Assembly: GCA_965228855.1 (NCBI GenBank)
Contig: CBDDIJ010000002.1
Span: 1,408,001-1,472,000 of the forward strand
From: Candidatus Obscuribacterales bacterium
Lineage (GTDB): Bacteria > Cyanobacteriota > Vampirovibrionia > Obscuribacterales > Obscuribacteraceae
Direction of reading: 5' to 3'
Length of the DNA: 64,000 nucleotides
In this document: one piece after another, positions 47,739 through 57,842 of the stretch
How positions within the stretch are numbered: position 1 is the first letter of the stretch
Layout of the letters: every line of letters starts with the position of its first letter
Made by a program: the position numbers and the translations under genes
Notes under the pieces: model-generated
The model's database searches: none
The model's input: the letters and a program-made list of their open reading frames with translations, nothing else
Told to the model about the DNA's origin: nothing

Positions 47739-48746
47739 ATGAACGTTGAGCGCTGGCTGAAAACAAGAAGAACGACCTGGGAAAAGCTCGAAGAGCTGCT
47801 AATGCTGACTGACAAACAGGGAGTGGCTGGGCTCGATCGGCAGCAACTGCAGGAACTTGGCAGGCTGTATAGGACCACATCTGCGGATCTATCTCGGGCG
47901 CGAGCCCTGAAGCTTAGCCATGAAGTGCAAACGTACCTCAATAACCTGGTGGTTCGAGCTCACAACCAAGTGTATCAGACCGACCGAAATCGCTGGTTGG
48001 ACCTCTTCCGTTTTCTCTGGGTCGAATTTCCGCGACTGATAAGAGAAAACATTTTGTACCTGGCTCTTTCTACGACCTTATTTCTGCTGCCGGCGGTGGG
48101 TAGTTTCTTCGCCGTTACCCAGGACGTGAAGTTCGCCCAATTGGAAATTGCCAAAGGTCACCCACTGGTTTCAGAAGATTTATGGAATACCATTCAACAT
48201 AAAAAAATGTGGACTGACGCTGTGCAGGACTCAAGCCCTACTGCGTTCAGCCTGATTGCGACCAACAATATAAGAATCGCGATTATGGCTTTTGTCTTTG
48301 GTATTACCTTTGGTGTCGGGACCGTATACGTGCTCATTTTTAACGGCATCTCGATCGGGACGGTTTTCGGTCTCTGTCACGCTCACGGCATGGCACATCG
48401 CCTCAGTCAATTCGTTGCTCCACACGGGGTGCTCGAGTTGATGGCGATTTTTATCAGCGGTGCGGCCGGGCTTGTGATCGGAAAATCTCTTTTGTTTCCC
48501 GGGCCGTATAAACGGATCGTCGCTTTTCGAAGAGCATGTAAAACTGCGCTGGGTTTGTTTTCCGGTACGGTTCCGATTTTATTCGTGGCTGGCTGCATTG
48601 AAGGGTTTGTCTCTCCTCGTACCGATATACAGCCGGATACTAAGTATCTTGTAAGTGTGTGTACCGGTATATTTCTCATGCTCTATCTGTTTATACCGCG
48701 GGGTGCGCAAGTCGATATGACCCAAGACTCCACCGGCGGTGCCTGA
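47739..48746 (+). CDS. SpoIIM/DUF95 family membrane protein
   Basis: LYR..SADLS.A, YLNNLV.RAH, IATNNI, PHGVLEL.AI, AGCIEGFVSP. Confidence 0.9.
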   Translation: MNVERWLKTRRTTWEKLEELLMLTDKQGVAGLDRQQLQELGRLYRTTSADLSRARALKLSHEVQTYLNNLVVRAHNQVYQTDRNRWLDLFRFLWVEFPRLIRENILYLALSTTLFLLPAVGSFFAVTQDVKFAQLEIAKGHPLVSEDLWNTIQHKKMWTDAVQDSSPTAFSLIATNNIRIAIMAFVFGITFGVGTVYVLIFNGISIGTVFGLCHAHGMAHRLSQFVAPHGVLELMAIFISGAAGLVIGKSLLFPGPYKRIVAFRRACKTALGLFSGTVPILFVAGCIEGFVSPRTDIQPDTKYLVSVCTGIFLMLYLFIPRGAQVDMTQDSTGGA

Positions 48747-48784
48747 GATGAAATTACTTCTCGCCGCTACCCAACTGGGGCGGC

Positions 48785-50422
48785 ATGGGGTTACAATATG
48801 ATTTGACGAGTGGTATATCTACTCGCTATCTATTGCGGGCGACACTACGGATTATGACGATGCCGTCAGGCACAACGGGCACCAATCGCGCTAAGCGCGG
48901 CAGCAACAACCCTATCGAGATACCGTCTATGGTGGCTGCGCGTCAGAAGGCGCCGGGCGCTGCAGTGAACCTGCAAGGAACCATATCCGGTGGCAGCACC
49001 GCTGAGGTCCTCGAAGCCTTTAATAATGCTCTGGCTCAAAGCGATTCAGCAACTTACAGTGACTTGCAAGCGCACAGTAAGTCGGAAGCGTTATCAGATC
49101 TCTTTCCTGCCGAGCATACCGTCCAAAGTTGGGAAGTTGAAACTCAGAATGATCTGAAGACAATCGGTGGCACGTTCGTAGCGAATCAGGAACGTATTGG
49201 GCAGCATAAAGTTTCTAAACAAGCCGAGTCGAAACAGACCGAGTTGAAAACTAGCGCACCGCCGGTGAAGGCATTTAAATTTTTCAATCCGATTTCGTTC
49301 ATCGGTTTGTTCAGTTCAAAGAAAGCCAAGAAAAAAAAGAAACGGTGGAGACCGACGCCTCCCGGTCAGAAGCTGATCAAAGGTATTGTCGTAGCTTGCC
49401 TTTTGTTGCTGGTGCAGGCTCTTTATCATCTTGGTGTTCCTGTAGATTTGTCGCAGGGTCGGGCTCACCAGATTAAGCTGCAGCCACCCTTTCAGCTGAC
49501 TACCGAGCTTTCCCAGTTGCAAAAGGAGCTCACGGGGCTTCATGCAGGCACGTCTATCGATGCCGGTGTATTCGCGATCAATCTGGACAACGGGCAGTAT
49601 GTAGACAGTCACGGCAGAGACAAGTTTTCGTCCGCGAGTATGATCAAGCTCCCCATTCTCGTCAGCTTGCTTATGGCAGTTGAGCGCGGCGAATGCACTA
49701 TGGACGACGAATTGGAAATTCGGCAGGACTTGATCACGTCCGGTAGCGGAATCCTGCAGTGGAAGCCGGTTGGAACTAAACTCAGTGTTAAGCGCGCAGC
49801 GCAGTTGATGATTATAGTGTCCGACAATACTGCTACCAATATGCTGATCGACAAGCTTGGTGGTTTCGATCGTGTGAACAAAGACTTCCACCGCTGGGGG
49901 CTTAAACAGACCAAAGTCAATAATTGGCTCGTCGATGTGGAAGGTACGAACACTACATGCCCCTACGACCTTGTTTATCTTTTGGGTCGCGTCGACCACG
50001 GTGAACTGGTGAATCCCGAGCACCGAGCCTTCATGTACGACATCATGGGGCATTGTAAGAACCGATCGCTCCTCGTTCCGGGTCTCGGTCCCGGCGCTAA
50101 GATTATTCATAAAACTGGAACTATTGGTATCATGGTCGGTGACGCGGGGATTGTAACCACCAGTGGTGGCACACGCTACGCTGTGTCAATTCAGTGTCAG
50201 CGCAAACGTAACGATACACACGCGAACAATTTCATCAGAGAAGCTTCTCGCCGTATTTATAACGAGTACTCGACCCATCCGGCCTCGCCCAAGCTCAAAG
50301 AGCTTCAGGCTGAAGAAGCCATTGCAGCCGCGACTGACGACAGCGAACCAGCGGTCGAGCCGGCTCATGAACAGCCTCGTGAAACGCGCCGTCATTCGCG
50401 CAAGAGAAAGAGACGGAAGTAA
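48785..50422 (+). CDS. Membrane-anchored class A beta-lactamase-like serine hydrolase (PBP-A type)
   Basis: SASMIK (SxxK), SDN, HKTG; long N-terminal disordered region, basic stretch and a single TM. Start uncertain. Confidence 0.85.
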   Translation: MGLQYDLTSGISTRYLLRATLRIMTMPSGTTGTNRAKRGSNNPIEIPSMVAARQKAPGAAVNLQGTISGGSTAEVLEAFNNALAQSDSATYSDLQAHSKSEALSDLFPAEHTVQSWEVETQNDLKTIGGTFVANQERIGQHKVSKQAESKQTELKTSAPPVKAFKFFNPISFIGLFSSKKAKKKKKRWRPTPPGQKLIKGIVVACLLLLVQALYHLGVPVDLSQGRAHQIKLQPPFQLTTELSQLQKELTGLHAGTSIDAGVFAINLDNGQYVDSHGRDKFSSASMIKLPILVSLLMAVERGECTMDDELEIRQDLITSGSGILQWKPVGTKLSVKRAAQLMIIVSDNTATNMLIDKLGGFDRVNKDFHRWGLKQTKVNNWLVDVEGTNTTCPYDLVYLLGRVDHGELVNPEHRAFMYDIMGHCKNRSLLVPGLGPGAKIIHKTGTIGIMVGDAGIVTTSGGTRYAVSIQCQRKRNDTHANNFIREASRRIYNEYSTHPASPKLKELQAEEAIAAATDDSEPAVEPAHEQPRETRRHSRKRKRRK

Positions 50423-50511
50423 AGAGCTTTACACAACGTTTTTAAGCCCTCCAAGCGTTTGGCCGAGGAGTAGAATATATTGCTCTGACCTACTGTCGAT
50501 TCTGGGAGCAT

Positions 50512-52794
50512 ATGGAAAACGTTCTTGCGAAAACCAAGCAAGCTGTATCACGGTATAAATCTCGCTCGCAGAGCGATAATCTGAACGCGACCAAGTCTGT
50601 TTGGGCGGCGGTGCGATTTTTGCGAAAACAGCTGCCGGAGCTGGAAAAGCAAGACCGTGGTGTGACCACGCGAATTGCTCGTGAGCTGAGCGAGCTGCTC
50701 TCAAAGTTGCCAATGTTCAAGTATCTTCGCGAAGACAAAGAGAGTTCCGAAAATCTCCACAGCAAGCCGCAAGCAGAAGAGTTGATTCTCAAGCTCGAGA
50801 ACGAGCTCAAGGTCCTTGTCAAAGACCTTGAGAACAGCAAGATTGACGAAATTCGTGGATGGGTTGAGAACCACGCGGTCCTTGGAACTCTGACTAAGAC
50901 TTTGACGCGCAAGATGCCGGATTCTACCTATGTGTTCCTTTTCCGTCAGACGAAGGGGGGCTCTTTAGAGCTGGTCACCAGTCGGTCTCCCGACGGGCGC
51001 GTGTTTACTCGTTTCCGTCCTCGCGAATTTTTCGATGTAAAGAAACTCTACCGGCTTTACAATCACAGACCGCCAGTCGGAGCGGCCGTAGTGGTCGACA
51101 ACAAGCTCCAAGATGTCATCGGAACCGTTCCGCAACCTGCCGAGGGTGAGGATCAGCTTCATGTGATTTCAGCCCTCTCCAAGGATGCGGCGAGCCAGCC
51201 TGCAAAGGCGTTCATATCGTCTAATCCAGTGTTGCAGAAATTGCACTCACTGGTGAAAGAACGCAAGGTCGACAAGAACGCATACATTTTGCTCTTCGTC
51301 GAGGCGGCTGAGGAAATTGATTTCGACGCCGATCTGGATGATGAGGCAAGCGAAGAGTCTACGGAGACAGAAGCGGTTGGTCATGGCGACGGCGAGACCA
51401 CTGAAGAAACAGATACCGCTCCGGATGCTGAAGGTACTGAATCACAAGAAGACTCTGAGTCGCACGAGGGGCGCTCGGAATCCGCAGCTCAAGACTCTGT
51501 ACAGCCGGCAATTGCCGTTTCCGATCCAACCGAACCGCCCGTGGCAGATACTGCCGCAACTGAGATTCCGATGGGAGAACCGAGTGTTGTCACTGATGCC
51601 GGTGAAGCGGCTGCTACCAGTTCTGACTCCGCTCAGGAAAGTGTAGATGAAAGCCCCGCATCAGCCGGAGCTGATGCTGATGAATCGATGCCAGCAGCGA
51701 ATTCGGACGAAGCATCTGCAGGTGAGTCGGATGCTGTTTCCAATGCGGATGAAACTGCCGGCGTTGAGAACGCAAATTCAGAAACTGCCGAAGATGCAAG
51801 TACTTCTGATTCTGAAACTCCGGGAGAGGAATCCGCCGAGCAACCTGTATCGGATGATACCGCAGGTGATGCCTCCGAAAATTCGCCTGCTGCCAGCGCA
51901 GAAGAGTCTTCTGCGGAGAGTAGTGCTGATGCGGTTTCATCTGAAGGTGAGCCGGAAATTCCGGTTCACGAGGGACCGATTGAAATACTTACTCGCGCAG
52001 GAAGCGATGGAGGCGTACTTACTCGCTACTACGGAAATGAATTCTCCGACGTTCGCAAAGTGTTCGAGACGTTTGGTTCGCTGCGCACCATCACTGGTGC
52101 CGCGGTCGTCAGAGGTCGCGAACTGATGGATGTGATCGGAACCGTTCCGCATCCTGGCGAAGGGCAGAGCCAGATTGATGTTCTGCTGTCGGAGTCGAAT
52201 CATGCGGCAGACAAACCTACTCGCGACTTCCTTGCCGAAAACGAGATATTAAACAGTTTGCACGAGTTGGCCACCGGCAATTTCTCAGATGCGAATGCAA
52301 AAGTACTTCTATTTGTGGAAGAGGAAGGCCGGCTATCCGCGCTCGTTCCACCGGCACCCCCGCAGCGCGAAGAGCGCGGCAGGGGCGACAGAAAAGGCGG
52401 ACGTCACGGCGGCAGAGGCAGGGATGATCGAGGACGCGGAACGCGCGATCCTCGCGGACGAAGTGGTAACGCCAGCTTGCTAACAGATTTCCGTTATCCA
52501 CGAGACATTCGTAATAGTTTCCGCAGTTTGCCGCGCGTCGTCGGTGCGTCTGTCATCGGCGAGTTCAAATCCGGAGGTGGCGCAGGAGCGCCGCGTCGCG
52601 ATAGCGGGCACGGCGGTGACAACCGCGGCTCTCGCGATGATAAGCGAGGTAAAGACAGAGGTCGTCCTGAACAGAGACCGCCTTCAAAATCCGTTGTCTT
52701 GGCGGCTTTTGGAAGAACTCCGCTCAAGCAAAATATATTGATTACTGAAGAGACAACGCGTCGACTTGGTTTAGATTCTTCGTTGATCTATTAA
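50512..52794 (+). CDS. Hypothetical protein with three repeats of an unrecognised domain plus acidic and RG-rich disordered inserts
   Basis: 760-aa ORF with a GGGAG SD; internal repeats GAAVV...DVIGTVP (twice) and GASVI...FGRTP. Confidence 0.8.
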   Translation: MENVLAKTKQAVSRYKSRSQSDNLNATKSVWAAVRFLRKQLPELEKQDRGVTTRIARELSELLSKLPMFKYLREDKESSENLHSKPQAEELILKLENELKVLVKDLENSKIDEIRGWVENHAVLGTLTKTLTRKMPDSTYVFLFRQTKGGSLELVTSRSPDGRVFTRFRPREFFDVKKLYRLYNHRPPVGAAVVVDNKLQDVIGTVPQPAEGEDQLHVISALSKDAASQPAKAFISSNPVLQKLHSLVKERKVDKNAYILLFVEAAEEIDFDADLDDEASEESTETEAVGHGDGETTEETDTAPDAEGTESQEDSESHEGRSESAAQDSVQPAIAVSDPTEPPVADTAATEIPMGEPSVVTDAGEAAATSSDSAQESVDESPASAGADADESMPAANSDEASAGESDAVSNADETAGVENANSETAEDASTSDSETPGEESAEQPVSDDTAGDASENSPAASAEESSAESSADAVSSEGEPEIPVHEGPIEILTRAGSDGGVLTRYYGNEFSDVRKVFETFGSLRTITGAAVVRGRELMDVIGTVPHPGEGQSQIDVLLSESNHAADKPTRDFLAENEILNSLHELATGNFSDANAKVLLFVEEEGRLSALVPPAPPQREERGRGDRKGGRHGGRGRDDRGRGTRDPRGRSGNASLLTDFRYPRDIRNSFRSLPRVVGASVIGEFKSGGGAGAPRRDSGHGGDNRGSRDDKRGKDRGRPEQRPPSKSVVLAAFGRTPLKQNILITEETTRRLGLDSSLIY

Positions 52795-52886
52795 CAACTC
52801 GCAACAGATGCGTGGTCCGATCGCATAGATCCATGCGTCTGCTTTGGTTTTATTTGATTTGCTGCAAGAAGGTTTGATTTGCTGCG

Positions 52887-52919
52887 AAAAGAAAACCGAG
52901 AGAACGAATTCTCTCGGTT
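52887..52919 (-). terminator. Intrinsic terminator of the coaD operon
   Basis: 11-bp stem AACCGAGAGAA/TTCTCTCGGTT, followed on the minus strand by TTCTTTT. Confidence 0.8.
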
Positions 52920-52943
52920 CCACAAAACGTCGATAAAGACTTC

Positions 52944-53657
52944 TTAGTCGATGCCGCCTTTGAGGAGTGGGCTCGACAGATGCGGATGCTGTCCGGTTGT
53001 AACCGACGATTGCGTCGGCGCCGGAGTTGGCATTTGCAGCTGGGAAGGCGTCGCAGCGGGTGCGGATGTCGAAGGAACGCGGCGAACTTGCCCGAGAAGG
53101 CGTTGTCCGTTTCTTACGATTCCTTGCGATTCTTGCACGTGCTGTGCGATTTGTTGGAGGTCGGTGTCGACTCTCGTTAAAACGGATTCAGCGTAGTGAT
53201 CAGCACCATCGCGAATTCTGGTCGCATCTTCTTCTGCTTCGATTCGAATGCGCTCAGCTTCGGCGAGAGCTTCGCGGCGCATCTGTTCAATTTCCGTTAC
53301 AACCTGCTTACGGATGCGCTCTACTTCAGCCTGTACAGCTTTCAAAAGCTCTGACTCTTGAAGCATCATCTCAGCCTGACGACGAGCTTGTTGGACGACA
53401 TGCTCGGAACGGCGATGCGCTTCGGTCGTTATCTGGTCTCTTTGCTGAAGTACTTCTGCAGCTTCCCGCAACTCTTCGGGTAGGCGGGCTCTTGCTTTAT
53501 CAAGCACGTCGAGGAAATCGTCGGCATTGATAAATTTAAACTTATACACGCCTGCCGCGTCTTCAATAAGGTGCTCAAGCAAGTCCATGTGTTTATAGAT
53601 GGTTGTTTGCTTGTAGTTATTGGTGACAGTCGCATTAGGTGCGGTCAGTGTACTCAT
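52944..53657 (-). CDS. DivIVA-like coiled-coil protein (cyanobacterial Cdv3-like)
   Basis: LDVLDKARARLPEELREA, long coiled coil, GADHYAESVL; ATGA-coupled to coaD, an arrangement I recall for cdv3 in cyanobacteria. Confidence 0.7.
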   Translation of the reverse strand: MSTLTAPNATVTNNYKQTTIYKHMDLLEHLIEDAAGVYKFKFINADDFLDVLDKARARLPEELREAAEVLQQRDQITTEAHRRSEHVVQQARRQAEMMLQESELLKAVQAEVERIRKQVVTEIEQMRREALAEAERIRIEAEEDATRIRDGADHYAESVLTRVDTDLQQIAQHVQESQGIVRNGQRLLGQVRRVPSTSAPAATPSQLQMPTPAPTQSSVTTGQHPHLSSPLLKGGID

Positions 53658-54145
53658 ACTGTGGTGCCTCTAATGAAGTGCTTCTTCAGGTAGTCGTCTA
53701 CCGGGGTCGGTACAAAGTGGGATACATCTCCGCCGAGGCGGACTACTTCCTTAACAGTGGATGAACTTATAAAAGAATACTCGGCTTTGGTCATCAGAAA
53801 TAGGGTTTCTAATTCAGGATAAAGCTGCTTATTCGTTTGTGCCATCCCTAGCTCGGCTTCGAAATCTGAGATAGCTCTAAGCCCTCTGATCAAACAAGTA
53901 ACGTCGTTGAGTCTCGCGTAGTCGACAGTCAATCCTTGGAAAGAACCGACTCTCACTCCTGGAATGTCCGCTACGGCGGCTTCTATGAGCTGCGTTCTGA
54001 CTTCCATTGGAAGCAGCGCGGATTTCCCCGGATTGGCGACGACAGCCATAATGACCTCGTCGAAGAGCTTACTCGCTCTCTTGACAATATCCAGATGGCC
54101 GAGCGTCATAGGATCGAATGATCCTGGATAAACGGCCCTCGCCAA
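53654..54145 (-). CDS. coaD: Phosphopantetheine adenylyltransferase
   Basis: YPGSFDP.TLGHLD, IRGLRA.SDFE.E, ISSS.VKE; TTG start after a GAGGAGG SD. Confidence 0.97.
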   Translation of the reverse strand: MARAVYPGSFDPMTLGHLDIVKRASKLFDEVIMAVVANPGKSALLPMEVRTQLIEAAVADIPGVRVGSFQGLTVDYARLNDVTCLIRGLRAISDFEAELGMAQTNKQLYPELETLFLMTKAEYSFISSSTVKEVVRLGGDVSHFVPTPVDDYLKKHFIRGTTV

Positions 54146-54476
54146 AGTCCACCTCCTCTCTCAACGCCACGTGGGTGTGGTCTCAGACCTTGTCAATGGA
54201 CGTATGATATCACGACCTTTGCTTGGAAACCCGTCGAAAAAGTGGATAATGCGTTAATCTTGGTGCTTGTCATGGGGAAAGCCGCAATACGCGGTCGATA
54301 TACGGATATGTACCGTATATAAAGGAATGAAAACCGACAATATTTTGTTTCACAAGCATTGCACCGCATGTGGTGGCGAGACTGTTGAGCGCAGTTTCAG
54401 CTTCGCTGTAAGACCTGGTGATAAGTTTTGTCCGTTCCTTATTAGAGGTAAGACTAATTTTCGATTCAAACAAGCG

Positions 54477-55208
54477 TTATTGCGGCGAAAAGCTGTCTCG
54501 CATTCGTTTCGTTTCCTCCGGCTTCAGTTTTTCGATTTTGGCCATTTTGCTATCTATCAACCTCTTGGTTGTTTCGTTTCCCGGCAAACCATCAAAGAAT
54601 GCCCTTGCAATCTGAAGTTCCATATACGCAGTCAGATAGTCTCCGCGTTCGACGCATGCATCCGCCCGGACGATTCTCGCTAAGGTTCTCGGTATTTTTA
54701 AATCCTCTAGTTCCTTTTGAATTTTTGCTTGCTCGATCGAATTATTTTCCTTAAGCGATGCAATTTTTTCGAGTAGGTGCAAACTTGTCTCGGCGCCTAC
54801 AAAATTTTTTTCCTTCATACGAAGCTCATAGAGTTCTCGGACGTCGTTGGAATCAACCAGATCTTGTCTGAAGAGCTTCTGCTGAATTTTAAGTTCAAGG
54901 GCAAGGTCTTGTTTCGATTTTTCGGGCGACTTAAGGGGAAGCATTGTTTGAATCACCGTTTTAAGTTCAGGACCCGTTAGTGGAATTCGATACCAGTAAA
55001 ATGTCCCAACGAAAGGATCCGCATTGACTGATTTGGTCCGCATTGATTTGAGATTCAGTACCGTTCCGCTTACGGGACTAGATTCCGTCGGCTGATTAGA
55101 GTCATCTGAGAGAGCTGGCGACGGCGAAACTATGGAGAGCAAGCCCAACAAGCTGCAAGTTATTCGAGCGATGCGCAAATTCGTTTTGGTCTTTATGTAG
55201 CGAAGCAT
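54477..55208 (-). CDS. Exported helical hypothetical protein (paralog of 55979-56722)
   Basis: Signal peptide; colinear similarity to the 247-aa ORF. Confidence 0.7.
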   Translation of the reverse strand: MLRYIKTKTNLRIARITCSLLGLLSIVSPSPALSDDSNQPTESSPVSGTVLNLKSMRTKSVNADPFVGTFYWYRIPLTGPELKTVIQTMLPLKSPEKSKQDLALELKIQQKLFRQDLVDSNDVRELYELRMKEKNFVGAETSLHLLEKIASLKENNSIEQAKIQKELEDLKIPRTLARIVRADACVERGDYLTAYMELQIARAFFDGLPGNETTKRLIDSKMAKIEKLKPEETKRMRDSFSPQ

Positions 55209-55319
55209 TTGTTTCTCCAGAGTAGCCTGGTGCCGTATGTGGTGGCTAAGTTCTACGTCTGCTAAGGCTGGAATAATCGATCTTACTTGCTTACCAACTA
55301 AAAACTCACCCGGGATAAT

Positions 55320-55907
55320 TTAAAGCCAGTTATTTGAAAGAAGCATTTGTTGCCAGACTGCCAGCAACCAAGTCATAAGTGTAAAGTTTAAGACCACCAA
55401 CGTAGCGAACCTGCGTTCGCCTTCCCAGGCCTTAGCGCTCAAAATGTAGAGATACAGTAAGCCATAAGGCGCGGCAAATAACACCAATAGCGATTCGAAT
55501 ACCTCTGCCTGCCATTGACACGTCGATGGGTCCGGGCTTAGCGGTCGGGGCGGAAGACAATATGCGTCCCACATGGACGTAGTGAGTAAGAGCAATACTG
55601 GATAGAATAACAGCAGGTGTCGAGCTGCAAGTCTTCTTGGCAAAGACAAGCATGCTGCCACTGCTAGAAAAATTTCTGCGGCCAGCTGCACCATTCCATA
55701 CATGAAACAATTGCCGGTCGCCCACGCTATATTCGCTTGAAGAAATTTGACGCAGTGGGCAAGCCAAGTTCCCAGGTTCGTCTCGAAATGCCAATCGCTG
55801 GGAACGTGGGAAGTGATTAGACCATATCCGTAGCCGATGTAAGCTAGCGCTGCGATGAGCAGCAGCCAGAGGCGCAGATTTCCGTTTTTCGTTTTCACTT
55901 CTTTCAC
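55320..55907 (-). CDS. Hypothetical multi-TM membrane protein
   Basis: About five hydrophobic segments; co-oriented between the two paralogs. Confidence 0.6.
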   Translation of the reverse strand: MKEVKTKNGNLRLWLLLIAALAYIGYGYGLITSHVPSDWHFETNLGTWLAHCVKFLQANIAWATGNCFMYGMVQLAAEIFLAVAACLSLPRRLAARHLLLFYPVLLLLTTSMWDAYCLPPRPLSPDPSTCQWQAEVFESLLVLFAAPYGLLYLYILSAKAWEGERRFATLVVLNFTLMTWLLAVWQQMLLSNNWL

Positions 55908-55978
55908 ATCGAGAACGCTGATGGAATTCGATCTTAGCTGTGTTGAACTACGATAGTCTTCTGCGCGGAATCACTTAA

Positions 55979-56722
55979 TTAACTGTTTGTTTCTGTGCGT
56001 GTCTGCAGTTTGCGTTTCCTTCGCTCGGAAACGTCGATGCAATTTGCGGGCATCAAGGTCTCCAGCGCGGCGAATTTTTCAGCAATGCGCTTCGTTGTTT
56101 GGCGTTCGCCTGGTTCGCCTTCAAAGAATAGTTCAGCAAGCACAAGCTGCTGGTAGGCGTCGCTATATTTTTTGTGAGATTTGAACCAATCTGATTTTTC
56201 GATTCTGTAAAACGCCAGCTGTTTACGCAGCTGCTGTTCTTCTTTGTCCAATGCGTTCCGGGCTTCGGCTTCTTCTTTTGTCTTCGTCGCGATCATGCGA
56301 ATGAGTTTCAAACAATTGTCTGCATCTGAAAAATGCTTTTCGTGAACGCGAAGCTGGAACAGGCGCCATAATTCATCGGTTGAGATAGTGCCTTGTTTTC
56401 GAGCGGCCACTTTGATCTGCTTAACAAGTTTTGAATCAGCTTTCGAGTGCTCAGGCTTTTGAAGAGGTAGAACATCGTGGACGAAACCCAAATAGTATTC
56501 CGCAGTCATCACGAACTTGTAGTCGGCGATGTTCTTTGGCGGTGGTGCTGCGTTCGACGCGTTGTCGGCTCGAACTTCATTCAGGTTCAAAACAATTCCG
56601 CTCAAAGGATTAAGCGTTGCGCCCGTTTCCAAAGCGTTTGCGTTCGCGCCGCCAAGCAGCAGTATCGCCGCGAGCAGCAATGGCGTAGTTCCGCGAAGAG
56701 TCTTAAGATGATCTGACCTCAT
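55979..56722 (-). CDS. Exported helical hypothetical protein (paralog of 54477-55208)
   Basis: Signal peptide ending ANANA; colinear similarity to the 243-aa ORF. Confidence 0.7.
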   Translation of the reverse strand: MRSDHLKTLRGTTPLLLAAILLLGGANANALETGATLNPLSGIVLNLNEVRADNASNAAPPPKNIADYKFVMTAEYYLGFVHDVLPLQKPEHSKADSKLVKQIKVAARKQGTISTDELWRLFQLRVHEKHFSDADNCLKLIRMIATKTKEEAEARNALDKEEQQLRKQLAFYRIEKSDWFKSHKKYSDAYQQLVLAELFFEGEPGERQTTKRIAEKFAALETLMPANCIDVSERRKRKLQTRTETNS

Positions 56723-56872
56723 AAGAGTGCCAGTCTAGCAGATGGGAGCACTAACACACATCTAAATCGGTCGTTGCTGAACTTGACAGTTGAAGTCAGT
56801 GAATGATTGTCATTGGATGGGTGAACCAGTGATACTACTGGTAGTGCGCATGCTTATGTCTGCTCAGGGGCG

Positions 56873-57307
56873 TCAGTCTGGTTCCACTTTGACGAGCCAT
56901 TGGTCGATCTTCTCTTTCAGCTGTTCCAGAGTGAAGGGTTTAGGCAGAAAATCGTCAAGACCGGCATCGATAGCCTGCAACTTGGAATCCAGCGTTACGT
57001 GCGCGGTGACGGCGATAATCGGGATGCGTTTACTGCGCTCCCTCATTGCCCGAATTTTTTTCGTGCAGGCGTATCCGTCAACCTCGGGCATCCGGTAGTC
57101 CATCAGCACCAAGTCGAATGAGAACATCTCGAGCGCTTCGACTGCCTCGCGGCACGAACTCGCGATAAACGCCGTGATTTCCAGGCTGTCTGCGAGTAAC
57201 GCTAGAAGTTTTTGATGCGATTCGTCGTCATCGACTACGAGCACCATTGGTCTCTTATTCAGGCTGCGCTCTGGTTCTTCTTCTTCTTCTGATTGCTCTG
57301 TTTCCAT
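56873..57307 (-). CDS. Single-domain response regulator (CheY-like receiver)
   Basis: VLVVDDD, DLVLMD..MP..DG, IIAVTA, FLPKPF. Confidence 0.92.
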   Translation of the reverse strand: METEQSEEEEEPERSLNKRPMVLVVDDDESHQKLLALLADSLEITAFIASSCREAVEALEMFSFDLVLMDYRMPEVDGYACTKKIRAMRERSKRIPIIAVTAHVTLDSKLQAIDAGLDDFLPKPFTLEQLKEKIDQWLVKVEPD

Positions 57308-57312
57308 TTTGT

Positions 57313-57525
57313 TTATTCAGATGATGAACGTTTCGAGTTCGGGTTGAAGTCGATAACGTCCGAGGCGTCGGATTCGCCGAGCGAATCCTGGGCGCGATGC
57401 CGTAACTCTTTTAGCTGACCGAATATGGCTCCAGCTAAATCTTCACGGCAGTGTTTCTTGAAATACTGCGCAAGCCACTCAAGCTCCCGAAGTGGTTGCA
57501 TATTATCGTGTTCATCGTGTGCCAT
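57313..57525 (-). CDS. Small hypothetical protein
   Basis: 70 aa with a GAGGA SD, 5 nt upstream of the receiver gene; helical LEWLAQYF...A..I pattern. Confidence 0.6.
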   Translation of the reverse strand: MAHDEHDNMQPLRELEWLAQYFKKHCREDLAGAIFGQLKELRHRAQDSLGESDASDVIDFNPNSKRSSSE

Positions 57526-57842
57526 TTTTTAGTCTGTCCTCTCGCTCATTGAAGTGGGGCGGTGGAATAACTTTCTGATTCGTTTATAGCAAGATTCAAC
57601 CAAGCGATGTCGCCGCAATCGGCCTGAAAGCTAGACGTGGAGCTGCCACCAGAGAAACGCAAGTGTGTACTCTTTGTAGGCTACTGACTACAAAGTAAGT
57701 ATGAGACCAGCACTTTCGACCTGGTGACGCTAAGAAGACTCGGATGAATTGGTTTTGTTGCCGATTCGCCGCGTCACATTCGAAGAAAAAATTAGGGAAC
57801 CGTGGAGCAATTTGAGCGTCTCGTCTGCGAGAGGTAAATGTC

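Noticed and set aside
48785..50422. Antibiotic-resistance beta-lactamase
   Set aside because: The membrane anchor, long N-terminal region and lack of an evident class A omega-loop ExxLN motif fit a PBP-A-like enzyme better.
54270..54476. In-frame ORF after the TAA of 54477-55208 (readthrough or pseudogene)
   Set aside because: The paralog at 55979-56722 ends at about the same aligned position, so the stop looks genuine.
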